Positions 1 through 10,031 of a DNA stretch of 64,000 nt are shown one piece after another. Origin of the DNA: Heteronotia binoei (Eukaryota); NCBI RefSeq assembly GCF_032191835.1, contig NC_083237.1, positions 992,001 to 1,056,000 on the forward strand. Reading direction: 5' to 3'. The notes beneath the pieces were generated by a model that was given only the letters and a program-made list of their open reading frames with translations, did not search any database and was not told the origin of the DNA. Position numbers and translations under genes: made by a program. Positions within the stretch are counted from its first letter, which is position 1; every line of letters starts with the position of its first letter.

Positions 1-284
1 ATCTGAACCAGAGAGCTGAGTCTGGGGTCTTGATTACCTAACAACAGCCACAGAGCAGCTTATGCGGCTCCCCTTCGAACCTCTGCTCAGTCTTCACCGC
101 CCTAGAGGCAGCCATCCCCCCCACTAGCCCACCTCGCAAGGCTGTTGTGGAACTTAGGACAGGAAGACAGCCATTTCCTCTGCCATAAAACAAGCTGCCC
201 CCATCTTCTCCCGGCCCAGAGCGCCCTCCCCCCCGGCCACGGGGTGCCAGCCCCCTCCCTCACCTGCTGGCCCCCACGCAGCTC

Positions 285-3200
285 TCACGGGCGGTGGAAG
301 TCGATGCTGGCGTACGTGTGGCGGGCCCCGCCCTGGCTGGGGGCAGCAGCAGCACACAGGGTGGGGCCCCCCTCTGCGTGGGCCTCCTTCACCAGGTCGA
401 GGTCAATATAATTCAGCCCCAGCTCAGTCTGGGCCTCATGCGGCTGCCCTCCGCTCCACTCCGCCTCGGAGTCCTGGTGCTGCCTTCCTTGAGCCTCTGC
501 TTGCACAGGGCAGGTCACTGGCACCGTCGCACCATCGCCAGCAGGCCCCACCCCCTCGCTGGCCTCCGCCGACACAGCTTGGCGTTCCAGGTGGGCGCAG
601 CCGGGGGCTCTGGGGTCGTATTCAATGCTGACGTACTCCCCAGAGCTGTGGGGTGCTGCCAGTGTGCCTCTTCCCCCCACAAGCAGCTTCAGAGGGGGCC
701 GGGCCAAAGTGCCCGCCAGTTCTTCCAGGCTGTCCGAGCTGGCGGAAGAGGAGCTGGAGAGGCGTCCCGGGTGGAAGGGGAAGGAGAAGGGCCTCTGCCC
801 ATGCCTGTAGGAGCGGGGCAGGGAGTAGAAGGGCGGGGCCAGCAGGGGGCTGTACTCCGGAGGGGTGCTGGAGGCGGAGCGGCTGAAGGGAGACATGTTC
901 ATGTAGTCGCCCTGGCCAGGCCCGTCTGGAGAGGAGCTCCCGCTGGGGGACATCAGCATATAGCCCCCGCTCTCCTGGGGAGGGGAGATGCTGCCTGGGG
1001 TCATGGGGAGGTAGGCTTGGCCCTCGGTCACGCCAGGCAGCATGGCCATGTAGCCGGGCTCAGCGCTGCGGTTGAGTCCTTCAGGGTAACTGGCCGAGGC
1101 AGCTACCGGCTTGAGGGTCAGCTTCCAGGGGGGCAGGCTGTCTTTCTCCAGGGCCAGGGGGGGCAGCGAGGCCCTCTTGTTGGGCCCCCACTTGGCCAAG
1201 CCGGGCCCGTCCGGCCGAGCCAGCTTGCCCATGGAAATGTAGTCTGCCACCAGGTCGCTCAGCTGGTCTGGAGTGTGGGGTGGGTGCGAATCCCCCGGGC
1301 TCGATCCCCCCTCATCCGAGGAGACGGCGCTGTAGTCGCTCAAGGAGCCTGGCTTCTGCGGCCTCGCCCCCTTTTGCCTCGGGGGGACGGGGCTCCGGCT
1401 CAAGGCGAGCATCCCCTCCGGGGGGCGAGGTCTCCAGGGGAAAGCCGCCTGGCCTGGCGGGGGGGCCCCGGGGGGCTGCTGGTGGCGAGAGGGCACGGAG
1501 ATGGGGGTGGAGGCCGGGCTCTTGCCGGGGAGGCGGCACTCCTCGCTGAGGGCCTTCATGGCCTCCAGGATGGTCTCGTGCATGCTCTGCGCCACCACCA
1601 GGTCGTCCACTTGCATCCAGAGCTCTCCAGGGCCCGTCACCGCCGAGCGGCCCACCTCCATGAAGAAGAAATTCTCCGAGTGGCCGCAGCGCCGGACGTT
1701 GAGCAGCTGCAAGACCACGGCGGCCACGGCCGTGTTCAGCTTCACAAAGCTGATGGTCTTGTCCGTCAGGCAGAGGAGGTAGGTGCCGGCCAGTTGCCTG
1801 GTGTGGCCCAGACCTCGGGGCCGGAGGCTCACCTGCCAGACCTCCTTGAAGGTCGGGCCGGAGAGCGTGGCGGAGTCTCCCTCTCCCTCCAGGGGGGCGT
1901 TTCCTGCAAGAGAAGAGAACAGGAGCGGCGCTGAGCAGGAGCAGGCCAAGAAGGGGCTCAGGGGGAGAGCTGCTCGGCTCACAGAAAGCTCCAAGTTCAA
2001 TCCCCGGCAACAGCAGCAGCTCCAGTTAAGGACCAGGGCTCAGGTGATGGGCGGAACTAGACTGGGACCGAGTGCCCTCTAAGCTGAGTTAGCATATGGA
2101 CATCTGAAGCTGCCTTCTACTGAATCAGACCTTCCTGGGCCCCTCAAAGTCCCACTCAGCCACCGTCCCTCCCCTCATATGAACATATGAGGCTGCCTTA
2201 TACTGAATCAGCCCTGGGCCCATCAAAGTCAGTATTGTCTACTCAGACTGGCAGCGGCTCTCCAGGGTCTCAAGCTGAGGTTTTTCACACTTATTTGCCT
2301 GGACCCTTTTTAGTTGGAGATGCTGGGGATTGAACCTGGGGCCTTCTGCTTACCAAGCAGATGCTCCACCACTGAGCCACAGCCCCTCCCCTACATATGA
2401 AGCTGCGTTCTACTGAACCAGACCCTCCCTGGGTCCCTCAAAGTCAGTCTTGTCTACTCAGACTGGCAGCAGCTCTCCAGGGTCTCCAGCTGAGGTTTTT
2501 CACACCTATTTGCCTGGACCCTATTTAGTTGGAGACGCCGGGGACTGAACCTGGGACATTCTGCTTACCAAGCAGATGCTCTACCACTCAGCCACCGTTC
2601 CTCCCCTATGAGCAAGCTCACAGATTTTTAGCTTCCAGCTCACACATTTTTGTCTTAGCTCAGAAAGGATTGACCCCAGAGCACAATAATTTATGCTCAC
2701 AACTTTAATGCCAGGAGTTCACAAAGAAGGATTTTTGCTCACCAGAGTCTGCAACTTAGAGGGAACGTTGGCTGGGACCGTGGAGAGCGCTGCCAGCCTG
2801 AGTAGACGAGACTGACTCTGATGGACCGGGGGGTGGGGGGGCAGCCTGCTTTGGCAGAAGGCAGCTTCACAGGCTCATGTGCTGGGACTCCAGAGAAGGA
2901 GTCCCCCTCTCTCCCTGGGCCAGCTTCTTCGACTCCAAGCACACGGCCATCGTGCCAGTCTGGGCTAGGGGGAGCCGAGGGGAGACAGCAATCCGGAGAG
3001 GGGGGCATCCAGCTTCAGGGGCGACAGAAGGGCCTGTAAAACCCCAAAGCTGCTTCCTGCTGCCTCTTGGGTAGAGGAGTGGTTCATATCAAAGACTCCT
3101 CACCCGCATGCAGGGGAGGGGGCTGCTCTTCCTCTTTCGGCAGGCTGCTGGGTGATGGAGGAGCCTGGGACCCCCAGCCTGCCCCAAGAGCAAGAGGAGA

Positions 3201-6200
3201 GGGTCCAGCCAGCACCTCTGAGGCGGTGCCTTGCAGCCCTTCTGACAGGTCTCAGCACTGTGCATCCTCCAGGAGGTGCCTTCGCTGATGATAAAAAGGT
3301 AAAGGTCGTCCCCCGTGCAAGCACCAGTCGTTTCCGACTCTGGGGTGACGCTGCTTTCCTGACGTTTTCACAGCGCTTTTTGATGGAATGGCTTGCCATT
3401 GCCTTCCCCAGCCATCTACACTTTGCCCAGCAAGCTGGGTACTTATTTTACCGACCTCAGAAGGACGGAAGGCTGAGTCAACCTTGAGCTGGCTACCTGA
3501 ACCCAGCTTCCGCTGGGATCGAACTCAGGTTGTGAGCAGAGAGCTCAGACTGCAGTACTGCAGCTTTACCACTCTGCGCCACAAGACGGCTTCACTGATA
3601 AGACCCCTCCCCCAAACCCCAGATGCCCTAGGCAAAATGCACCTGCTTCTGGGGAGGGGGGTGAAGCCATCTTCAGCCCCTCCAGCTCCTGAGGTTCTGG
3701 CTGCTTCTTGGCTCCTCCTGCCAGTGGGGGAAGCAGCCGTGGAAGGGGAAGGATCTGGGGCAACTAACGGTGGTGGTGGGGAGGTTATGCCTGGGGGGGC
3801 TGGAAAGCAGACAAACAAACAGGTCCCCAAAGAGCTGGGTACTCTGGCAACCCGTGCCTGTCATCCTGGAAAGATGCAAGCAGTTGCCATGGAGACGACT
3901 GGGATGGGATGACTTTCGTGGAGGTGAACACCAGGTCTCCAGACAGAGCAAATGTTTAAGCTAAATAGTTCTGGGAACCAGGAGAGGTAAACAACTCCCA
4001 GGCAGGAATGGCCCCTGGAATCTGGCTGGTGCCCCCCCTCCCGCCTCTGCCAGTCACATGCATGGGCCACAAAGCGCCCCCCCCCAACTTCACTCCCACC
4101 TGCCTGGAGAACTGCTGGCTGCTAAGCAAACCTGCTCTTTCTAGCCCCCTCTGCCGCCCAGCCCCCGCTCCACACCGGGAATAGGACCCAGGGAAAAGTA
4201 CACCATGTACCAGGCAGCGCATACCAGCTGTGCACACACCCCGAGTGTTGCAAGTCAGATCACTGGGGAAAGAGAGTCAACAATTGGCATGGGGGGGATG
4301 GGTACTGGAAGGAGCTACATTGAATGGGGCGGGGCGGGGGGAGAGAACCAGGGCAGCTCAGGGCCCAGGAATGAACGGAGACAAAAATCAGGGGCTCTGC
4401 TCAGGGGTTGACCCCCCCCGCCCCCCTAGAGCAGAGTTCGGCTGGAGGCTCCTTTCAGCAAGCCACCAAGTTATGGCCTAATTGCATGGTCTGGTGTGGA
4501 AGCCACTCTGCCCTCTGCCCTGCAGCAATGCCCAGGGGAACCCACGCCCATTGGCCGCCCCCCTCCAGGCACAGCACTTCCAACTAACCCAGAAGCCTGG
4601 GAACAAACCTCCACGCCCCAACTGACAATCACTTCAAGCACTCCAGGACAGAGGCTGCCCTAACAGCTGCTCCTCCCCAGAAACAGCTGCAATCTTCCCT
4701 GGAGAACGAGTAAAAAAAGAATCTTTTGCATGCCAGGTCATTGGGGATTGGGGGGGGGGGAGGCAGCCTGGAGATTCAGTCCAGTCTCTCCTGCAGTCTG
4801 GGCCTGCCCCCTCTCTGCCCAAGGTGCAGCACAGAACCTCCAGGCCATAGAGGGCTCCCCACCCCCACAGCCCCCTGCCAAGAGGGGGGGAAGACAGGCA
4901 AGGAAACCCTTTGCTGAAAGCCTTTGGCTTTTTATAACTTTTTATGTCCTCCCTGTTAGGTCTTGTATTTCTGCCATAAACCACCTTCAGGTCCATGAAG
5001 GGGAAAGGGCAGCTCATGAATGTTTCAGTCAATCAATCAATCAAATGGCAGGAAGCCCCCAACTTCACCCTTCCTTTGGGCAAACAAGCTGCCCATTTTT
5101 ACCCCGGGGGAGACGGAGAGCTCTGCTCAGCCAGGAGGCTGGAAGGAAGGAGCCCTTTGCTTCACGAAGCATTTCCAGGGCAACCAAAGACTCCAAAGGT
5201 GAAGAGAAAAAGCAGCCCCCAGCAGTTGCATTAGGAGGAAGGCCTGCTCTGCAGGGAGGCTGTTCGTGGATCACTGCCACGCCCGCTGCAGACACCCAAG
5301 ACCCAGCAGGGTTCACACCAACCTCCAGTTGGAGAATCTGAACTCAGTGGGGCCCAAGAGCCGGCTGGGGGTCACCAAGAGGATCCAGTGCCCACAGAGG
5401 AAAGGGGCACCTAGAGGAGGGCACTGAAGCCGGGGCGGAGATGGGTGACAGGGCGTGGGCCTTGAGAAACAGGTGTGTGTGGGGGGGGGGGGAGAATGAG
5501 GGGCAGGTCAGGAAGACAGGTTGCAACCCACAGAGTTACCCTGAGCCACCCGGATCTTTCCTCATGCGCATGAGCTGGCTCCACCACACAAATCCCACAC
5601 TGGAGGTTTGTGATACACCCGTTGCCGTGGCCCGTCTATTCAGACTGGTTGGCTGTGTTGCACTTTGTTTCCCTCACTTTTCCTTTTGTGAAAAAGGCTC
5701 CTTTAATCCCGTATCCTAATATGCAAGCAGAATCCGATTGAAAGAAGCCGTCTGGGTCTGTTCAACGACCTATTGGGAAAGGCCTGATTTGCCAACACAA
5801 GAGCCAGAAAGATCCCAGGCACCCAAAAAAGGGTACTGAAACCAAAAGTGTTCCAAGTTGGGTATCCTGAATTTGGGTTATCCCACCTCAGTCAGCCTAC
5901 AGGTGGAGCAAGAAATGATGATGATGATGATATTGGATTTATATCCCGCCCTCCACTCCGAAGAGTCTGAGCGGCTCACAATCTCCTTTCCCTTCCTCCC
6001 CCACAACAGACACCCTGTGAGGTAGATGAAGATATTGGATTTATATCCCGCCCTCCACTCCGAAGAGTCTCAGAGCGGCTCACAATCTCCTTTCCCTTCC
6101 TCCACCCACAACAGACACCCTGTGAGGTAGATGAAGATATTGGATTTATATCCCGCCCACCACTCCGAAGAGTCTCAGAGCGGCTCACAATCTCCTTTCC

Positions 6201-7327
6201 CTTCCTCCCCCACAACAGACACCCTGTGAGGTAGATGAAGATATTGGATTTATATCCCGCCCACCACTCCGAAGAGTCTCAGAGCGGCTCACAATCTCCT
6301 TTATCTTCCCCCCCCACAACAGACACCCTGTGAGATGGGTGGGGCTGAGAGAGCTCTCACAGCAGCTGCCCTTTCAAGGACAACCTCTGCCAGGGCTATG
6401 GCTGACCCAAGGCCATGCTAGCAGGTGCAAGGGGAGGAGTGGGGAATCAAACCCAATTCTCCCAGATAAGAGTCCGCACACTTAACCACTACACCAAACT
6501 GGCTCTCCACACCAAACTGGGTCTCCAGTTTGGGGGGGGGGGGGGAAGGCAGAGGCCAAGAAGTCCAGCAAACTCTCTTCTGCTGCTCCCACTGAAGCTC
6601 CCAGGGCAAAGAAATCATCTGTACCTCAAAGCAATGATAAGCAGAGAGGCCTGGCCTGCAACTCCAGCCCCCAGGCTGTGTGGGGCTTAGAAAGTCAACA
6701 CCAGCACTCTGAATTGAGCCTGGCAACAAATGGAGAGCCAGAGCAGAGGGAACCCACCTGCAGTCCTTACGGCCTCCAAGACCCACTGCAAGCCACACCC
6801 TGGCCCTGCCATTCTGTGCCCACCACTTGGGCAGCAGTCTTCGAGGGCAGCCCCACATGCAAGTGCGCTGCAGCAGTCTAGTCTCCCCGTGACGAGAGCA
6901 GGCCCTGCAGCGCTGCTGCCCAGGGCCTGGCAAGACCCACTCAAGGCAGGCAGTCCGGGGGCTAAGAGTTCGGTAAGCCCCCCGCCCCGCCGCGCCACTC
7001 ACCCTCGCGGTGCAGCTCCACCAGGGCGGCGAACCAGGCCTGCTGCTGCTCGGCGTCCTCGGCGGCCACGCCGAAGGTGCCGTCGGGGCCGCAGAGGACG
7101 AGGAGGTGCCTGTGGCGGGCGTCGGCCCTCTTGCTGATGCTCAGCGCGGCGGCCAGCGGGAAGGCGCGCTTGGGGCGCGAGCTGGGCGCGCGGAACTTCT
7201 TCTCGCTCTCGTAGTACTCCAGGCGAGCCGGGCCGCTGCGCAGCACGAAGTAGCGCCGCCGCTGGGACTTCTGCTTCCGCAGGTAGCCGCACAGGCGCAC
7301 GTCCGAGGGGGGCCCCGCGCCTTCCAT
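285..7327 (-). CDS. IRS3: Insulin receptor substrate 3, intact; coding exons 7003..7327 (PH domain) and 285..1903 (PTB domain + tail), 647 aa
   Basis: Exon 1 reads [30 protein letters not shown]...[12 protein letters not shown]; [16 protein letters not shown] is IRS3-type rather than IRS1-type. Donor G|GTGAG at 7003/7002 and acceptor CTTGCAG at 1905/1904 join in phase 1. Exon 2 holds the IRS PTB domain (FKEVWQV...[31 protein letters not shown]), five YxxM motifs, NYIDLDL and TYASIDF. The PH/PTB intron and the position beside AGFG2 fit IRS3. Confidence 0.93.
2069..2770. mobile_element. hAT-like non-autonomous DNA transposon (TIR ~CARTGTTCCCTCTAAG) interrupted by SINEs
   Basis: Left end gagtgccctctaagctgagttagc, right end cttagagggaacgttg; the body resumes at ~2607 after the SINE cluster. 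Confidence 0.6.
2094..2606 (-). mobile_element. Three tandem tRNA-derived SINEs, family B (first one internally deleted)
   Basis: Reverse complement of a tRNA-like head GGTGGCTCAGTGGTAGAGCATCTGCTTGGTAAGCAGAAGGYCCCAGGTTCAATCCCC with tail ...AAGGCAGCTTCATATGTTCATATG. Confidence 0.85.
3293..3590 (-). mobile_element. Sauria SINE
   Basis: aaaggtaaaggt is the reversed (ACCTTT)n tail; the other end is a tRNA-like head GTGGCGCAGAGTGGTAAAGCTGCAG...GAGTTCGATCCC. Confidence 0.75.
5915..6510 (-). mobile_element. MIR/CORE-like tRNA-derived SINE (family A) with 4 tandem copies of its 3' 104 nt
   Basis: GATATTGGATTT unit starts at 5929, 6031, 6136, 6240; SINE head (reverse of GAGAGCCAGTTTGGTGTAGTGGTTAAG) at ~6480-6510; (ATG)n tail at ~5916-5930. 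Confidence 0.85.
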
Positions 7328-7725
7328 CGCCCCCGCGGGCACAAGGCCGCCCTCAGCGCCCCATCGCCGGGCGGGGGCAGCTTTTGCCAGGCCGGCCCGT
7401 CCTCCGGCTGCCGCCTCCTCCTCTTGCCACCTGGCCGGGGGGCGGGCGGGAGAGGGCGCAGCGGCTGCACCCCAGGGGGGCTCTCCTCCCCCCGCGCCCG
7501 GGAAGGCTGGCGAGGCCGGCTCTGCAGAGGCTGCCGGGCCCCGGGGGAGGGAGGGAGGGAGAGGCTCGCGGGGCCTGCTGCAGCCGGGCCCCTCTCCTCT
7601 CCTCTCCTCTCCTCCGGCTGCTTGGCTGGCCTCGCGGGGAGGCGCCGCCAGAGCCCTTTGCTCCCTGCCCGGGCAGCTGCTGCGGGGCTGCGGCGACTGG
7701 CCCACCGCGAGAGGCGCACAGGCCA

Positions 7726-9445
7726 CACGTGTCCGGCGAGCGGCTCCCTCTCTCCACGTGTCAAGAGCAAGAGCGAGCCCAGGCCGGCCGCGCGCCCCTC
7801 TCCTCTCCACGCCTCGCCTCTCGCGGGCGGCTGCTGCAGCGGGCGCCCCCTCCTCCCCCCCCCCCCCGGGCCGGGCGCAGGCAGCCGAGCCAGCAGACAG
7901 GCCCGCCCTGCACTCGCCGCCGCCGGTATTTATAGGGCCCTGCAGCCGCCGCCGCCGCCCCGCCGAGGCCCTAGCGCCTGACCGCGCGCGCGGGTGACAC
8001 GTGTCGGCCCGCCTCGTCCCCAGACGGGAGCCGCCTCCGGCAGGGCGCGAGGCCAAGGGCAGGCGGGGCGTTGCCAACCCCCCGGAGAGGCCGGGAGGGA
8101 GGGCGCCTCGAATTCCACCCCCCCCCCGCTCTCCAGGCCGCAGAGACCCCCTGGACGGAGGGAGGGCGCCCTGCGGCGGAGGTCCTTCCCCTCCCCGCCC
8201 TTGGCGCCGCCTTCCAACCCCAGCAACCTCGCTAAACAAGCCGGTGGGGAGGGAGGGATAAAGGCCTGGCCATTTATTGGGGGGGGGGGGGCTCATGAGA
8301 TGCGCTTGACCGCCCAGGTGCCAAACGCTTCAAGTGCCCATTCCTGCCCATCCAGCCTTTATTAAGGGGAATGGGACTTTTTCTCAAGGTCAGTTGGCAC
8401 CCTGGTCTTCCTCCGTTCCGTTTCAGCCGGCGTGACTGCGGCGTGTGAACACGTGGCGGGGGCGCAACGACGAAACTGGGACATCGACCATGCCCCGGCC
8501 CTCCCCACCGCCGCGGGTTCCTTTCCTCTCTATCTAACCACCCCCCGACTCCCCTGGACGTGGTGGGTTTCCCCGCCGCCCCAGTGCGGCAGAAAAGAGC
8601 CCAGAGTTTTGGAGAGTCGCTGCCGGCAGCCGCCACGTCTTCAGGCCCAGATCCCTCCTTCTGGGGACTGCAGTGACTCCCCGAAGCTCCTCCCTCCTTG
8701 CTGTAAAAAGAGAGCACGTGTGGATGCTCCTGAAAGGTTTGCGGCAGGGGAATTAACCCGGGTGGAGTGGACGGATAGAAAGCAGATCCTCCCCTGCACC
8801 GCAGAGGCTTCTTCGTGGCGGCCCCGCCAAGTCTCCCGCCCCAGCAGCCTTGGCCGCTCTGCAGGGCACAGGAGCAGAGGAGGGACAGGCCCTAGAGAGG
8901 GGCTGCCTGCCTCCCTGCCCAGAGCGGCCCGGGAAGGGCTTCTTCGAGGCCCGCAGGTGACGTGGGAGCGGGGGCGTTTGCACAGGCCGCGCCCCTGCCT
9001 GGGACGGGCTTGGGAGGATGCGCGAAACACGCAACGCCCAATCCCCCCTCCCCGCGAGTTCTTCTGGCCCCGGGGGGAGGGCTGTTTGGAGCGAGGTTGC
9101 CAACTCCCAGTTGGGGAAGGCCTGGAGATTTGGGGGGTGGGGCCTGGGCAGGGTGGAATTCGGGGAGGGGAGAGTGTCGTGCCATAGCGGCCCATCTCTC
9201 CAGGGGAACTAGTCTTCCTCATCTGGGGATCAGCCGTAATAGCAGGTCTCCAGGACCCACCTGGAGGTTGGCCTCCGTAGTTTAGAGAGTGTCAGGGCAG
9301 CCCTTGGACGGGGTTTCAGACACAACGTTTTTACGGCATCAGTCTTTTGAGAGTGGAGATGGCCGGGCTCGAACCAGGCACCCTGCGTTCGCCAAGCAGA
9401 AGCCCTTCCAAAGAGGCGGGGCCCCAGCGCCAGACGTCACGTGAC
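7726..9445. promoter_or_regulatory. IRS3 CpG island / promoter with TATA box and six CACGTG E-boxes
   Basis: TATAAAT on the - strand at 7928-7934; CACGTG at 7726, 7755, 7998, 8450, 8715, 9438; high CpG density from about 6950 to 9650. Confidence 0.65.
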
Positions 9446-9790
9446 AACAGGCGCCCTCCCTCTCGCCCTTCCTTGCCAGATGCCTGGAAATGTCGCCCTT
9501 GCCCGTAAAAGCCCTTCGCGGGAAATGCGCCTCCCCGGACTTCAGCCCCGGCCCCTCCCGCAGCGGAGCGCTCGGCTGCTTGTGCAAAAGTGCGGGGGAT
9601 CCAGAAGGAAGCCCCGCCACGGATTCCTACAGGCAGAAGGTCTCCCTTCCTTCCTTATTCCAGTAGTTGGTGGGCGGCGGCTGAACTTGGGGGGTCTCCC
9701 ATTCAGTGAGGGATTGAAAGACACCCCTCCCGCCCCCGTCTCAGTTGGAGACCAGCAGTCCCCGTCCTGATGGCCGCCAGCCCCCTAAGT

Positions 9791-10031
9791 CAGGGGTGGC
9801 CAGACTTGCTTATGGTGAGGGCCACATAGAATTAATAAACCTCAGATGTTTGAGAGCCACAAGACATGAACATCAGATGTTCGCAGGCAGGCAGGCAAAT
9901 AGAGGGAGAGAGAGGGAGAGGTGGAAAGGAAGCATCTTTAACTTTAAACGCATTCTCCAAGCCAGGCAGTGAGGGCTTCAGGAGCTACACAATATGCTTG
10001 TGGTTCCCGAGCCACAGTTTAGCTCCCCTTG
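9791..10031. mobile_element. hAT (Charlie-like) MITE, TIR CAGGGGTGGCCAAAC
   Basis: 15-bp imperfect TIRs; 8-bp flanks ccctaagt / ccctcagt consistent with a TSD. Confidence 0.75.

Noticed and set aside
1-284. SAP25 or LRCH4, expected from human synteny beyond IRS3
   Set aside because: No matching coding sequence inside the window; they would lie to the left of position 1.
294-1934. 546-aa + strand ORF
   Set aside because: Antisense shadow of the GC-rich IRS3 exon 2; no recognisable domain.
6510-6535. Hairpin CCAAACTGG-GTCT-CCAGTTTGG
   Set aside because: Short fold-back at a SINE 5' end next to a G run; no RNA-gene context.
7328-8296. Long in-frame extension upstream of the IRS3 ATG (ORF 6962..8296)
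   Set aside because: Low-complexity GC-rich leader that runs through the TATA box; homology begins at [14 protein letters not shown].
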